Source: a virus
Lineage: Duplodnaviria > Caudoviricetes
Strand: one strand, 5' to 3'
Virus record (IMG/VR): IMGVR_UViG_3300021255_002539
Span: 224,001 to 288,000 of that record
DNA: 64,000 bases
Part shown: positions 1 through 9,912 of the stretch, piece by piece
Position numbering within the stretch: the first letter of the stretch is position 1
Layout: every line of letters starts with the position of its first letter
Notes under the pieces: model-generated
The model's input: only the letters and a program-made list of their open reading frames with translations
Database searches by the model: none
Told to the model about the DNA's origin: nothing
Program-made: the position numbers and the translations under genes

Positions 1-1354
1 CTATGATGGAACTGTTCTGTATGCATATACACCAGCGAAGATTGCCAGCATGGAGTATCTGCCACCACTTCCATCGAGACCTGGCTTGACTTGCCAAGGG
101 TGGAACTGGACATTGCAGCAGCTAAAGACCTATGTTGCTGCATATGGAAGATGTGAAGTTGGCGCGACCTACACAACTGACGACGGCAAGACCAGGATAA
201 AGCTTACGATACAGGATCCGAAGTACACGACCATTCCAATTGTGTTCCAACAAACCGTGGCAAATGGCGTGAAAGTGAATTGGGGCGATGGATCTGCTGA
301 CCAGACATATGGCGGCACTTCGCAACAGACCATAAGCCACACATATGCGCCATCCGCATATCCTGCCACATATACCATAACATTCCAGGTTACAAGCGGC
401 ACGATGTCGTTCCCAACCTACATAATGGGGATTGACTCCAGATCTTTCCCGAACATGATTGACGAAGTGAACATTGGCAATGGTGTGACGAGTATTGGGT
501 ATTATGCATTCTAGTTTTGCCAGTCCCTTATTTCTATAACTATACCTAGTTCAGTGACTAGTATTTTGGGGTATGCGTTCAATAATTGCTATTCCCTTAC
601 TTCTGTTACGATACCTAGTTCAGTTACCAGCATAGGGACTTATGTGTTCACTCTTTGTCGTTCCCTTGCTTCTATAACCATACCAAGTTCAGTTACCACA
701 ATTGGGACTTATGCATTAGCTAATTGCGCTTCCCTTACTTCTGTTACGATACCTAGTTCGGTTACCAGTATTGGAAATAATGCGTTCTATTGCTGCTATT
801 CCCTTGCTTCTGTTACGATACCTAGTTCAGTAACTAGCATTGGTTAGTATGCGTTCAATTATTGTTATGCCCTTGCTTCTATAACCATACCAAGTTCAGT
901 AACTAACATTGGTTAGTCTGCGTTCAATTAGTGCTATTCACTTGCTTCCATAATCATACCTAATTCAGTCACCAGCATTGGTTAGTCTACATTTAATTAG
1001 TGCCATTCCCTTGCTTCTATAACCATACCAAATTCAGTTAGTAGTGTTTAGTCTTATACATTCATTTAGTGCTATTCCCTTGCTTCTATAACTATACCAA
1101 GTTCAATCACTAGTATTGGAACTCAGGCATTTTACTAGTGTGGTGGCCTCAAGACATTTGACTTCAGGAGAAGCACATCCGTACCAACACTTGCCAATGT
1201 AAACGCATTCTAGTACACACCATCAGTGAAGGAAATTGTCGTTCCAGACTCCCTATACGACACCTGGATTACAGCAACCAATTGGAACTCGTCCACGAAC
1301 CAAATCAAGGAAAGCATCGTAAAGGCGTCAGAATCGTCGCTTGGACCACTATAA
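1..1354 (+). CDS. BspA-type leucine-rich-repeat protein with PKD-like domain (5'-truncated; 10 in-frame TAG read as Gln)
   Basis: Frame of ORFs 50-514 and 554-847 stays open from base 2 to TAA 1352-1354 except TAG at 512, 845, 914, 929, 983, 998, 1049, 1067, 1136, 1211. TpLRR units (SLxSITIPSSVTSIGxxAFxxC) keep register across each TAG. VNWGDGS is PKD-like. Confidence 0.85.
530..1120 (+). repeat. 69-bp imperfect tandem coding repeats (23-aa LRR units)
   Basis: Recurrent cccttgcttctataaccataccaagttcagt-like units at 69-bp spacing. Confidence 0.85.
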
Positions 1355-1379
1355 TTAAACAATGGAGGATTTGACACAA

Positions 1380-1814
1380 ATGGCAGTAATATACGAAGAA
1401 CAAGAAGATGGATTGGTCAAGGCCTATTCTGACCAACACAAGAAGATATTCGGTGGATTCCCAGAGGCCGAATACGATGTCGTCTACGACCCAAAGGACG
1501 CACACAGAACCTACGTGGAGACAGACCATTGGATTGACAGCATCCCAAAGCCAACTTGCAGAACATTCTCCAGGTTGTACATAGAGATGGCAGTCGCCAA
1601 ATTGGGGCTGATAGACCAGTTCGACGCCTTGCTCAACAACATCGAGCTGGCGCCAGGATACACAGCGCATAGGGCGTTCGAGAGGGCCAACGACATCAGC
1701 GAGGACTTCCCTGGGTTTTGGGGATATGTGGAGCAACTGAGGCAGGCCCTTGGGTTGACGATGGAGCAAGTAAACGCGATATTGAACGAATCTGAAATGC
1801 AGAACGAGAGGTGA
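1380..1814 (+). CDS. hypothetical protein, possible tail-fibre assembly chaperone
   Basis: GGAGG at 1364-1368 before ATG 1380. RTFSRLYI motif resembles RRFSKLRL in 4478-5041, and both follow fibre/adhesin genes. Confidence 0.5.
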   Translation: MAVIYEEQEDGLVKAYSDQHKKIFGGFPEAEYDVVYDPKDAHRTYVETDHWIDSIPKPTCRTFSRLYIEMAVAKLGLIDQFDALLNNIELAPGYTAHRAFERANDISEDFPGFWGYVEQLRQALGLTMEQVNAILNESEMQNER

Positions 1815-1821
1815 TTTGAAC

Positions 1822-4455
1822 ATGGCGAACACAGAAACAAAGGTTGATTTGGTCATAAACAGGATGTCACAGTCCAAGTACGAGCAGTTGAAGTCTGCCG
1901 GGCAATTGGATCCAAACCAAATCTACATGACCACGGATGGAACTGACCCTGTGCCTGAAACCAGAAAGGTGAATGGCCAGACATTGGAGGCAGATGTGAC
2001 CTTGACTGGTGCTGACATAGCAGTATCGACATCAGATTCAACGAAGATCAACACGGCATTGGCAGGAAAGGCCGCAACCAACCACACGCACTCAAACTAT
2101 GTTCCAACGAGCAGGACGGTGAACAACAAGGCGTTGTCGGGGAATGTGACGCTCACTGGAGCCGACATCGCGGTTTCGACATCTGATTCGACGAAGATAG
2201 ACGCAGCTCTCGCAGGGAAGATGTCAGCGACGGCTACTGGCTCGGCCATCAATATCAACAATGATCCGTTAGCCCCTAGTATAGATACTGCATTCCAGTT
2301 ATTGAACCAGAACAAGCAGGATGCTCTCACCTCGCAACAACTCGCCAACATCGCAGCGGTGCCAAACAAGCTCGACAAGAGTGGTGGTACGATGACTGGG
2401 ACTTTGCAAGTCGGCGACAACGCGGCGGAAAACATCATACTAAACCCTAGCGACGCAACCATTACAACAGAATTCATCAAGAATAATTATAGCAATGATA
2501 GGTGCTTTGTTCCGAACGGTCCCGGCACCCTCGCTCTGGCTGCAGCCACGGGGCACGCGGGTGAAATAGCCACACTGGACGCAAATGGCAATCCTGTTGC
2601 ATCTGGCTATGATACATCTGACTTCCTCACCTCTGTCCCAACTTCCTACAAGACCTATGTTGACACCTTGACGCAACTCGGTACGGATGGCTTCAAGACC
2701 TACTCTGCGACAAAGACCCAATTGGTTACTGATGGATTCAAGACTTATGCCGACACAAAGACAGCTCTGGATTCCATCTACAAGCCACTTCAGACGGCAA
2801 AGACAAGCCCAACTGCTTCTGGCAATACCACATCGTTCATAGACACGATAACCCAAGACGCTAATGGTGTTATAACAGCCACAAAGAAGACAATACCATC
2901 GGCATCGACTTCGGCAGCTGGAATTGTACAGCTCAACAACACCTTGACAAGCACATCCACAACTCAAGCAGCTACAGCCAATGCAGTAAAGACCGCATAT
3001 GATGAGTGCTTGAAGAAGGATGTTAATGGTCAGACCATGAATGGTGTCAAATCATTGAACTTCAAATCCAACTTGGCATTTCCAGATGACAGTTACACGA
3101 CAGACACTTTGATAAATGCCTTGTACTTCTATGATTCGACAGGATACAATTTGGCAAATCTAAACACTAGACAAACAAAAGCTGGCGGCGCAATGCTGTC
3201 GCTCTCAATGGCAGCTCCATTTGGAGACAATGAAGCTAACATTACATCCTATCTGAGACTCTATATCAACAAAGCTGGTAAATATGCCTATGCTACTGTT
3301 CCAACACCTCCAAGCAATTCAAATGCTGATGTTGTTGCCACGACAGAATGGGTGAACGATAAATTGTCGGGATACAAGCCAACTCAAACGGCCAAGTCCA
3401 GTCCAACAGCATCTGGCAGCACGACATCCTTCATAGACACCATAACACAAGACGCAAATGGCGTTATAACGGCCACCAAGAAGAATGTGAGCTTCTCTGG
3501 ATACAAGACCACTCAAACCGCAGTAAGTGATCCTACGGCGTCTGGTACGGCGACATCCTTTATCGACACGATTTCTCAAAACGCAAATGGGGTGATAACA
3601 GCAACAAAGAAAAGCCTCCCGACGGCATCGACATCCACCGCCGGAATTGTTCAGCTCAACAACGGCAGAACCAGCACTTCAACCACAGTCGCCCCAACAG
3701 CAAATGCGTTGAAGTCGGCATATGACAACTGCATACACACATCCGGAACCAACCAAGTCATAAATGACTGCACGACATTCAGATTCGATGGTACAGCAGA
3801 TTGGACGGTTGGGGATAGTGCTGCACATACAATCAACAACATAGAATTGCGCGACGTAAATGACTATCTTGCTGGGTATTTGCAAACCCAAAGGACAGCC
3901 TCCAACAACTATGTGACGAACCTGGTATGCCGTGCTCCAACAGGGACAAGTGGTGCAGCATCTTCAGCAGCAATAACAATATATATTACGACATCCAATG
4001 GGAAATATGTTGGATTCCCGACTCCAGCCGCGACTTCCAATGGTGCAATTGGTGCCACTACTGAATGGGTGAATTCAAGAATAGACGAATCGTGGAAAAG
4101 GGTAACCGTTGGAAGTTCAGGAGTTTTGGAGAACCACGCAATCAATGTGTTGACGCTGACTGGGACCCACAAGTTGTATCCACCAGCCAGCTTGGCTAAC
4201 TCAGGAAACAGACACTTCTATCTACTGGCGATAAACACAAGTAATCAAGCCAGATCGCTCAAGTTCTTCAGATATGCGTCAGGCGGCGCGGCTAACACCA
4301 TAACATACTACATGGATGATGGGTATACGCCAGTAACAAATATACCAAAGACATCATACTTCTTCTATGAGTTCTATGAAACATCCACCAACATGTTCTA
4401 TGTAAAACAAACACAGATAGAAGATCAGTCATCCGTGATTGGTACAAATTCGTGA
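1822..4455 (+). CDS. tail fibre protein
   Basis: Thr/Ala/Ser-rich. Two ASTSxAGIVQLNN fibre repeats, three PTASGxTTSFIDTIxQxANGVITATKK repeats, two VNxxxLxxDVTLTGADIAVS repeats, N-terminal SQSKYEQL...DPNQIY motif. Confidence 0.8.
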   Translation: MANTETKVDLVINRMSQSKYEQLKSAGQLDPNQIYMTTDGTDPVPETRKVNGQTLEADVTLTGADIAVSTSDSTKINTALAGKAATNHTHSNYVPTSRTVNNKALSGNVTLTGADIAVSTSDSTKIDAALAGKMSATATGSAININNDPLAPSIDTAFQLLNQNKQDALTSQQLANIAAVPNKLDKSGGTMTGTLQVGDNAAENIILNPSDATITTEFIKNNYSNDRCFVPNGPGTLALAAATGHAGEIATLDANGNPVASGYDTSDFLTSVPTSYKTYVDTLTQLGTDGFKTYSATKTQLVTDGFKTYADTKTALDSIYKPLQTAKTSPTASGNTTSFIDTITQDANGVITATKKTIPSASTSAAGIVQLNNTLTSTSTTQAATANAVKTAYDECLKKDVNGQTMNGVKSLNFKSNLAFPDDSYTTDTLINALYFYDSTGYNLANLNTRQTKAGGAMLSLSMAAPFGDNEANITSYLRLYINKAGKYAYATVPTPPSNSNADVVATTEWVNDKLSGYKPTQTAKSSPTASGSTTSFIDTITQDANGVITATKKNVSFSGYKTTQTAVSDPTASGTATSFIDTISQNANGVITATKKSLPTASTSTAGIVQLNNGRTSTSTTVAPTANALKSAYDNCIHTSGTNQVINDCTTFRFDGTADWTVGDSAAHTINNIELRDVNDYLAGYLQTQRTASNNYVTNLVCRAPTGTSGAASSAAITIYITTSNGKYVGFPTPAATSNGAIGATTEWVNSRIDESWKRVTVGSSGVLENHAINVLTLTGTHKLYPPASLANSGNRHFYLLAINTSNQARSLKFFRYASGGAANTITYYMDDGYTPVTNIPKTSYFFYEFYETSTNMFYVKQTQIEDQSSVIGTNS

Positions 4456-4477
4456 ATTTGATTGGAGATACAAAACT

Positions 4478-5041
4478 ATGGATATGAACAAAACAACAAG
4501 GGAATTCGGGAAAAGACTTGAAAACGGCGACATCCAGTATGCCCCAACTGAATTTGATGATGGGCATGGTGGCGTTGTGGTTCCTGAGCCAGAGGACGAC
4601 GAAGCCTACTATTCCAGGGGTTGGTTGAAGGTTGTTGACATTCAGCCAAATGTGCCAGGAACACAGATAGCAGTATTGACAGATTGGGTTGAGGATCTGG
4701 AGAAGAAGACAATCACTGCCCAGTACACGATAGAGGACATGCCCCAGCCAAAGGAGCAAATCCAGGTCCGCAGGTTCAGCAAGTTGCGCCTCGTCGAGTT
4801 CTGCATGGAGCGGGGTGTATGGCAGGAGTTGAAGTCCTTCATCGAGCAACTGGGCTACTACGATCTGTTCGTGATGGCGCAAGTGTTCCTGGAGAACGAC
4901 AAGTTCTTCATGGGTGGATTGACCGCCTACAAGCAGATGAAGATTGAGGGTGGGGCCGATCCCGAGCAGATCCAAGCAACCATAGACGCAGGATTGGACT
5001 ACGCATTCGACGCATACGAAACGGTGGATGTTGAGGACTGA
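4478..5041 (+). CDS. hypothetical protein, possible tail-fibre assembly chaperone
   Basis: GGAG SD; directly follows the fibre gene; RRFSKL motif shared with 1380-1814. Confidence 0.5.
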   Translation: MDMNKTTREFGKRLENGDIQYAPTEFDDGHGGVVVPEPEDDEAYYSRGWLKVVDIQPNVPGTQIAVLTDWVEDLEKKTITAQYTIEDMPQPKEQIQVRRFSKLRLVEFCMERGVWQELKSFIEQLGYYDLFVMAQVFLENDKFFMGGLTAYKQMKIEGGADPEQIQATIDAGLDYAFDAYETVDVED

Positions 5042-5046
5042 CCAAG

Positions 5047-5053
5047 GTAAATA
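5047..5053 (+). promoter_or_regulatory. putative late promoter GTAAATA
   Basis: Intergenic, sense-oriented copy of the recurrent motif, 11 nt before ATG 5065. Confidence 0.6.
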
Positions 5054-5064
5054 TACATATATAC

Positions 5065-5349
5065 ATGGCAAGCACTACACCAAAGAACATATCAGGCAAG
5101 TTGAAGAACAGCAGAGTGCAGGTGGACAACTTCATCTACACGCAGTTGCTCTCCAACAGAAGGTCGTTCTATGTCTACTGTGGCAAGTCCAAGAAGCGCA
5201 TATACCAAGGCTCATGCTCCAAGGAGATCAAGAACATCTACTTCGATGGCACTTGCGTGGTGTGCATCTGCGACAACAAGACCTACATATTCGGACCCCA
5301 GGACATGAGGTATCCCCTCAAGAACTGGCGGCAAATCAGGGAGTTCTGA
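5065..5349 (+). CDS. small basic hypothetical protein
   Basis: 94-aa ORF with phage-like codon usage, ends in TGA. Confidence 0.7.
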   Translation: MASTTPKNISGKLKNSRVQVDNFIYTQLLSNRRSFYVYCGKSKKRIYQGSCSKEIKNIYFDGTCVVCICDNKTYIFGPQDMRYPLKNWRQIREF

Positions 5350-5352
5350 AAC

Positions 5353-6234
5353 ATGAAGGCGACGATAACCAAGATTGACAACAATGGCACTGAGGTTGTG
5401 TGGGAGGGCGAAGTCTCATCCCCAGAGGAGGCGTTTGACATCTACACTGACGCCATAATGGACAGGAGGGCAGACGACCACTACCTTTGGGATGACTACA
5501 ACAGAATACTGGAAGGGCACAACAAGTTGTACAGAGACAAGCGCATAGGGTTGTTGAAGAAGAATGGGAAGATATACGAGACCTTCCTCAGAGGCCAGTA
5601 CAGCCTGGAACTTGAGATATTCGACGACGATGATGAGGATGACGAGGAGAATTGGTTTGTCGCCGAGAGTTTGGATCCCAAGTACGACGACCAGCCAGAG
5701 AACCAATATGGCGAGAAGTGGTAGATTCTGAGGGGGACATACCTCAACTCCGTACTTGAGTCCATAATGCAGGACATTCAGATTGACCCAACAGAAGATG
5801 GTCCCAAGATGGAAAGACTCTCCCTTGGGGGACTCCACATTTGCGAGGATGGGCATCTCATAGCCGAGATATATGGTGGGGCGAATGGTGGTGGATTCCG
5901 TGGGGTGGAAAGCAACTGGCCCTACTACCTGTCCCTGGTCCGCAAGTTCTTGGGCAAGCTTCTGAACTACGACAATGGGAATATGTTCAAGGATGTCTGG
6001 CTGGTGGATTGGGACAACGACTGCTGCGACGATGTATGGACATTGACATTGGGAATAGAATTGTCGGACCAGGAAAAGCTGCAACTCGCTGAAGATGGAA
6101 AGATGTTCTCAGTAGTTGATCCCACCAAGTTGGATGTTGGTCTGGATGCGGCCGTGGCCGTTGTGTCAAATGAACCAATTGATGTCGCCAATGCGGCAGC
6201 AGCAGTAGCAGCAGAATCCAGGAAGCGAAAATAA
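5353..6234 (+). CDS. acidic hypothetical protein (TAG 5722 read through)
   Basis: ORFs 5353-5724 and 5767-6234 are the same frame, separated only by TAG plus 14 sense codons. Confidence 0.75.
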
Positions 6235-6297
6235 CCAACTTGTTCAGATTTGCGTAACTCAGATTTGAACAACTTGAAAACTCTGTTCAGCTTTTTT

Positions 6298-6314
6298 TCG
6301 TATAATTGTAAATA
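6298..6314 (+). promoter_or_regulatory. tandem TCGTATAAT and GTAAATA promoter elements upstream of Hsp20
   Basis: Sequence tcgtataattgtaaata. Confidence 0.6.
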
Positions 6315-6410
6315 GACAATGGCAAGGGAAAGTCAGGAAGGTTTCCGGCGACTACCGAGCCAAATGGTTGATTGCGAAAACAACAACCAAAAAACAGGAG
6401 GAACAGAAAT

Positions 6411-6905
6411 ATGTTCGAGATAATGAACCCACTGGCCACATGGGACGATATGTGGCAAAACATGCTTGCCTTGACGGAGTATCCGTTCAACAATGGCAAG
6501 AACCTGATGAACACAGGGCTACGTAAACTGATTGGTCGGCCCCACAATTTGGTGAATGTCACCGACAAGGACGGCAACATCATCGAGCAAAGGCTGGAGG
6601 TTGTCACGACGCCATTCAAGAAGGAGGATGTGGATGTCCAGGTTTCTGGCAACACATTGACCGTAAAGTGTGGCTCCGAACAAGAAGAACTCCAGGAAGC
6701 ACCCGAAGATGGGAAGGATAAGCCTGTTGAGAAGTACCTGTACAAGGGCATTTCCGAGCAGTACTACACCTTCTCCCTCAAGTTGTCGGACAAGATTGAC
6801 AAGACCGCAATCAAGGCAAAGAACCAAGATGGCGTCTTGACAATCACCCTTCCATACAAGAAGGAGACCAAGTCTGGCGACATCGCCAAGATAACTGTGG
6901 AGTAA
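6411..6905 (+). CDS. small heat-shock protein (Hsp20/alpha-crystallin family)
   Basis: PFKKEDVDVQVSGNTLTV, YLYKGIS and IKAKNQDGVLTITLP motifs; AGGAGG SD. Confidence 0.92.
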   Translation: MFEIMNPLATWDDMWQNMLALTEYPFNNGKNLMNTGLRKLIGRPHNLVNVTDKDGNIIEQRLEVVTTPFKKEDVDVQVSGNTLTVKCGSEQEELQEAPEDGKDKPVEKYLYKGISEQYYTFSLKLSDKIDKTAIKAKNQDGVLTITLPYKKETKSGDIAKITVE

Positions 6906-6942
6906 TGGAAGAACCACAGAGACAAGCAGTAATCGGGGTGGG

Positions 6943-6971
6943 TTTACGGACCCACCCCGATGTCGTATAAT
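6943..6971 (+). promoter_or_regulatory. promoter of DNA polymerase (TTTACG-N17-TATAAT) embedded in a 12-bp inverted repeat
   Basis: TTTACG 6943-6948, TATAAT 6966-6971; inverted repeat 6932-6943/6950-6961. Confidence 0.7.
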
Positions 6972-6992
6972 ATAGAAAGGGAAGTTTTAACT

Positions 6993-9863
6993 ATGGTAAA
7001 CATTGACTACACTTTGAGATACGATGTCGAGAAGATTCGCTCTATAATAGAACCAAACGATGGCTACTGCTGGGTATACTACGATCCACTGGGGATGGAC
7101 AGGAAATTGGACGAGAATGGCAGAATCGTATTGAAGTGCTATGAACGCGGTACCCACAAACCCATAGTGGTTGAGGTCAAGGACTTCCCATCAACGCTTT
7201 GGCATCGGACATCCAAGTCAGACGAGATTGCGAAGGCAACAGGCGTAGTGGACGCATATGGGCATCCTGTCGTCCAGGAGACCTTCTTCAACGCAGCAGC
7301 CAGGAAGAAGTGGATTTACGCATGGAAGAAGAGGGAGGACTATTGCGACAACCAAATCGTCGAGTGCTACGAGCCATGCGACGAGTTCATGCAGAGCATA
7401 TTCTGGCACGAGGCGCAGGAGGAGACCTTCAACAAGGGGGTTCAAAGGACATTCTTCCTGGATATCGAGACAGAGGTTTCCGAGACCTCCCTCATGCCAT
7501 GGAAGGCTGTTGACAAGATGCTCATGATAACGGTTCTGGACTCCAAGGACTGGAAGTTCCACACATGGTCTCTGAAGCCCTGTGCAAAGTTGTCTGACAA
7601 CCACGAGGTATACGACTTCAACGACGACGAGGCTGCGATGCTCAAGCACTTCCTCAAGTTCTGGGCAAGCAACTACCCAGATGTCGTGTGTGGATGGAAC
7701 TCGAAGTGGTACGACATGCCCTACATCGTCAGGAGAATCGAGAATGTCCTGGGGAGGAAGTGTGCGCGGTTCCTGTCCCCGATGGAGGACTACAGGATTG
7801 TCCACGAGAAGTCCGATAAGAAGGACGAGAACGGGAAGTGGATTGAGAAGGACGACATCGAGTGGGTGAACATAGCTGGTCTGTTCCAGGCTGACGACCT
7901 CATCCTCTACTCCAAGAAGTTTCAAGTGAAGGCTGCATTGGATGGCGGCTATGGTCTGTCCAATGTAGGTCTTGCAGAGGGATTGGGCGCGAAGGTGGCA
8001 TACGAGACCACGCTCAAGGATCTCTACCTCACTGATTGGCAGAAGTTCTACGAGTACAACGTCCGAGATGTCGACTTGTTGGCTGAGATTGAGAAGAAGT
8101 GCAAGTTGATTCCTCTGGCGAGGACTGTTGCTGGCTTCGGGTTGACGAACTACGACTACATCTACCAATCAGCCCCATACCTGGTGCCAACGATAACGAT
8201 ATTCTGCAGAAAGCATCGAGAGAAGATGGTGTTCAACTCATACGCCAACAACTTCCGCGAGAAGGTGAGGTTCGAGGGCGCATGGGTCGTGCCTCCATCT
8301 GAAGGAAGATATTCATATGGTACTGCGACAATTGACTTCAACTCGCTTTACCCATCGGCAATGCGGATGATGAACCTCTCTGTTGAGACCTATGTTGGGC
8401 GCATAGACGATGGCTACACTGGCGAAGGTGGCTTGGACAACGATTGGATGACCAGGGGTGGCATAGATGGCTACCCAGAGGATTATGTGTTCAAGTTGGT
8501 GATAGACAGGGTTGACATGAAGGATCCAATCTACAAGGAGATTGACGCAAAGACGCTCAAGGTTCTGCTGGGCACGAAGTTGATTATTTGCCCAACGAAC
8601 ATGACACTGTTCTTAAAGCACGAGGTCAAGAGGGGAGTCATCGCAGACTGGGCCGAGGTGTTCTTCAACCGAAGGAAGGCGACAAAGGGCGAGATGTTCA
8701 AGTGCGACCTGGACGCGGACAAGTGCCAGGATCCAGTGGAAAAGGAGAGGCTATTGACCAGAAAGGAAAATCTGCACAATCTCCAATACGCACTCAAGAT
8801 TTGCTTAAATTCGATTTACGGGGCCTTGTCGACGACAGGATGCCCATTTCTACATTCCATTGGACTTGCTCAATCAGTGACAAGGGCAGGGAGATTCTGT
8901 AACTACAATGGAAGATTGTTCTATGGTGAATGGCTTAAGGAGAACTATGGAATAGACGATTCGTATAAAATCACCTGCGGTGGCGACACCGATTCGAATT
9001 TTTTGAACCTTGAAGCAGTAACCAAGGACTTCATCAAGAAGTATGGTTGGGACGAGGACATGAACAACTGGACTGACGAGCAGAAGCTTCAGATGTTCGC
9101 GTATATGCAGAAGTTCACGGACGAATATCTTGTTCCACATGTCCAAGAATTGGTGACAAGGGAATTCCACACATCCAACGCGAAGCCCATGAAGTATGGC
9201 TTGGAATACATGACCAGTGGTGGAATTTTCGAGGGCAAGAAGCACTACATAGTACACAAGATAGTGGACGAGGGGCCAAAGGTCGTGAACAAGTTCAAAT
9301 ATACTGGAATCGAGTTGAAGAAAGCCGTGGTCCCACCTGAAATCAAGAAGTTCATGAAGGACATCTACTTCACCGCAGTACTGGACCCGAAGTTCAATCT
9401 GGAGGCAGCAAGGAAGAAGATGGACGAGGTGTATCAGGAGATCTTGAAGATGAACCCCAACCAACTCGCCAAGTGGCAGGGATATGGAACAGAATCCCAA
9501 ATGGATGGATTCTTGGTGGAGTCAAAGGGTGCCACTGGCATTGGCAAGTGCGCCAACTACTACAACCAGATTGTGAAGAAATTGGGCATGGACAACAAGT
9601 ATGCGTTGATAAATGTCGGGGACAAGGTTCAGACAATCTACATAAAGCCAACGAACAAGTTTGGAATAAACCAAATTGGCTTTCCACCAAAGCAGTGGCC
9701 AGAGGAGTTCAACGACATATTCGAGATTGACTACCCAAAGATGATGGAGAAGGTCGTAATATCCCCATTGAAGGGAATGCTCAAGGCGTTGGGGATGGAC
9801 AGCTTGATGAAGTACGATCCAAGTGTTGTTGCCAATTTGGAATACAGCATCGACGACATTTGA
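6993..9863 (+). CDS. family B DNA polymerase with 3'-5' exonuclease (T4 gp43-like)
   Basis: Exo motifs DIET, GWNSKWYD, YNVRD; polymerase motifs DFNSLYPS, KICLNSIYG, GDTDS, KKHY; no in-frame TAG. Confidence 0.96.
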   Translation: MVNIDYTLRYDVEKIRSIIEPNDGYCWVYYDPLGMDRKLDENGRIVLKCYERGTHKPIVVEVKDFPSTLWHRTSKSDEIAKATGVVDAYGHPVVQETFFNAAARKKWIYAWKKREDYCDNQIVECYEPCDEFMQSIFWHEAQEETFNKGVQRTFFLDIETEVSETSLMPWKAVDKMLMITVLDSKDWKFHTWSLKPCAKLSDNHEVYDFNDDEAAMLKHFLKFWASNYPDVVCGWNSKWYDMPYIVRRIENVLGRKCARFLSPMEDYRIVHEKSDKKDENGKWIEKDDIEWVNIAGLFQADDLILYSKKFQVKAALDGGYGLSNVGLAEGLGAKVAYETTLKDLYLTDWQKFYEYNVRDVDLLAEIEKKCKLIPLARTVAGFGLTNYDYIYQSAPYLVPTITIFCRKHREKMVFNSYANNFREKVRFEGAWVVPPSEGRYSYGTATIDFNSLYPSAMRMMNLSVETYVGRIDDGYTGEGGLDNDWMTRGGIDGYPEDYVFKLVIDRVDMKDPIYKEIDAKTLKVLLGTKLIICPTNMTLFLKHEVKRGVIADWAEVFFNRRKATKGEMFKCDLDADKCQDPVEKERLLTRKENLHNLQYALKICLNSIYGALSTTGCPFLHSIGLAQSVTRAGRFCNYNGRLFYGEWLKENYGIDDSYKITCGGDTDSNFLNLEAVTKDFIKKYGWDEDMNNWTDEQKLQMFAYMQKFTDEYLVPHVQELVTREFHTSNAKPMKYGLEYMTSGGIFEGKKHYIVHKIVDEGPKVVNKFKYTGIELKKAVVPPEIKKFMKDIYFTAVLDPKFNLEAARKKMDEVYQEILKMNPNQLAKWQGYGTESQMDGFLVESKGATGIGKCANYYNQIVKKLGMDNKYALINVGDKVQTIYIKPTNKFGINQIGFPPKQWPEEFNDIFEIDYPKMMEKVVISPLKGMLKALGMDSLMKYDPSVVANLEYSIDDI

Positions 9864-9874
9864 TGCTGTTTCAT

Positions 9875-9881
9875 GTAAATA
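9875..9881 (+). promoter_or_regulatory. putative late promoter GTAAATA
   Basis: Intergenic, upstream of GAGGT SD and ATG 9913. Confidence 0.6.
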
Positions 9882-9912
9882 CTTCTATACAGCCCAAATG
9901 AGGTATAGCAAC

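Noticed and set aside
530-1120. Regular repeats as a CRISPR array or DGR template/variable pair
   Set aside because: They are in-frame 69-bp LRR coding units with no unique spacers or adenine-specific variation, and no reverse transcriptase or cas gene is seen
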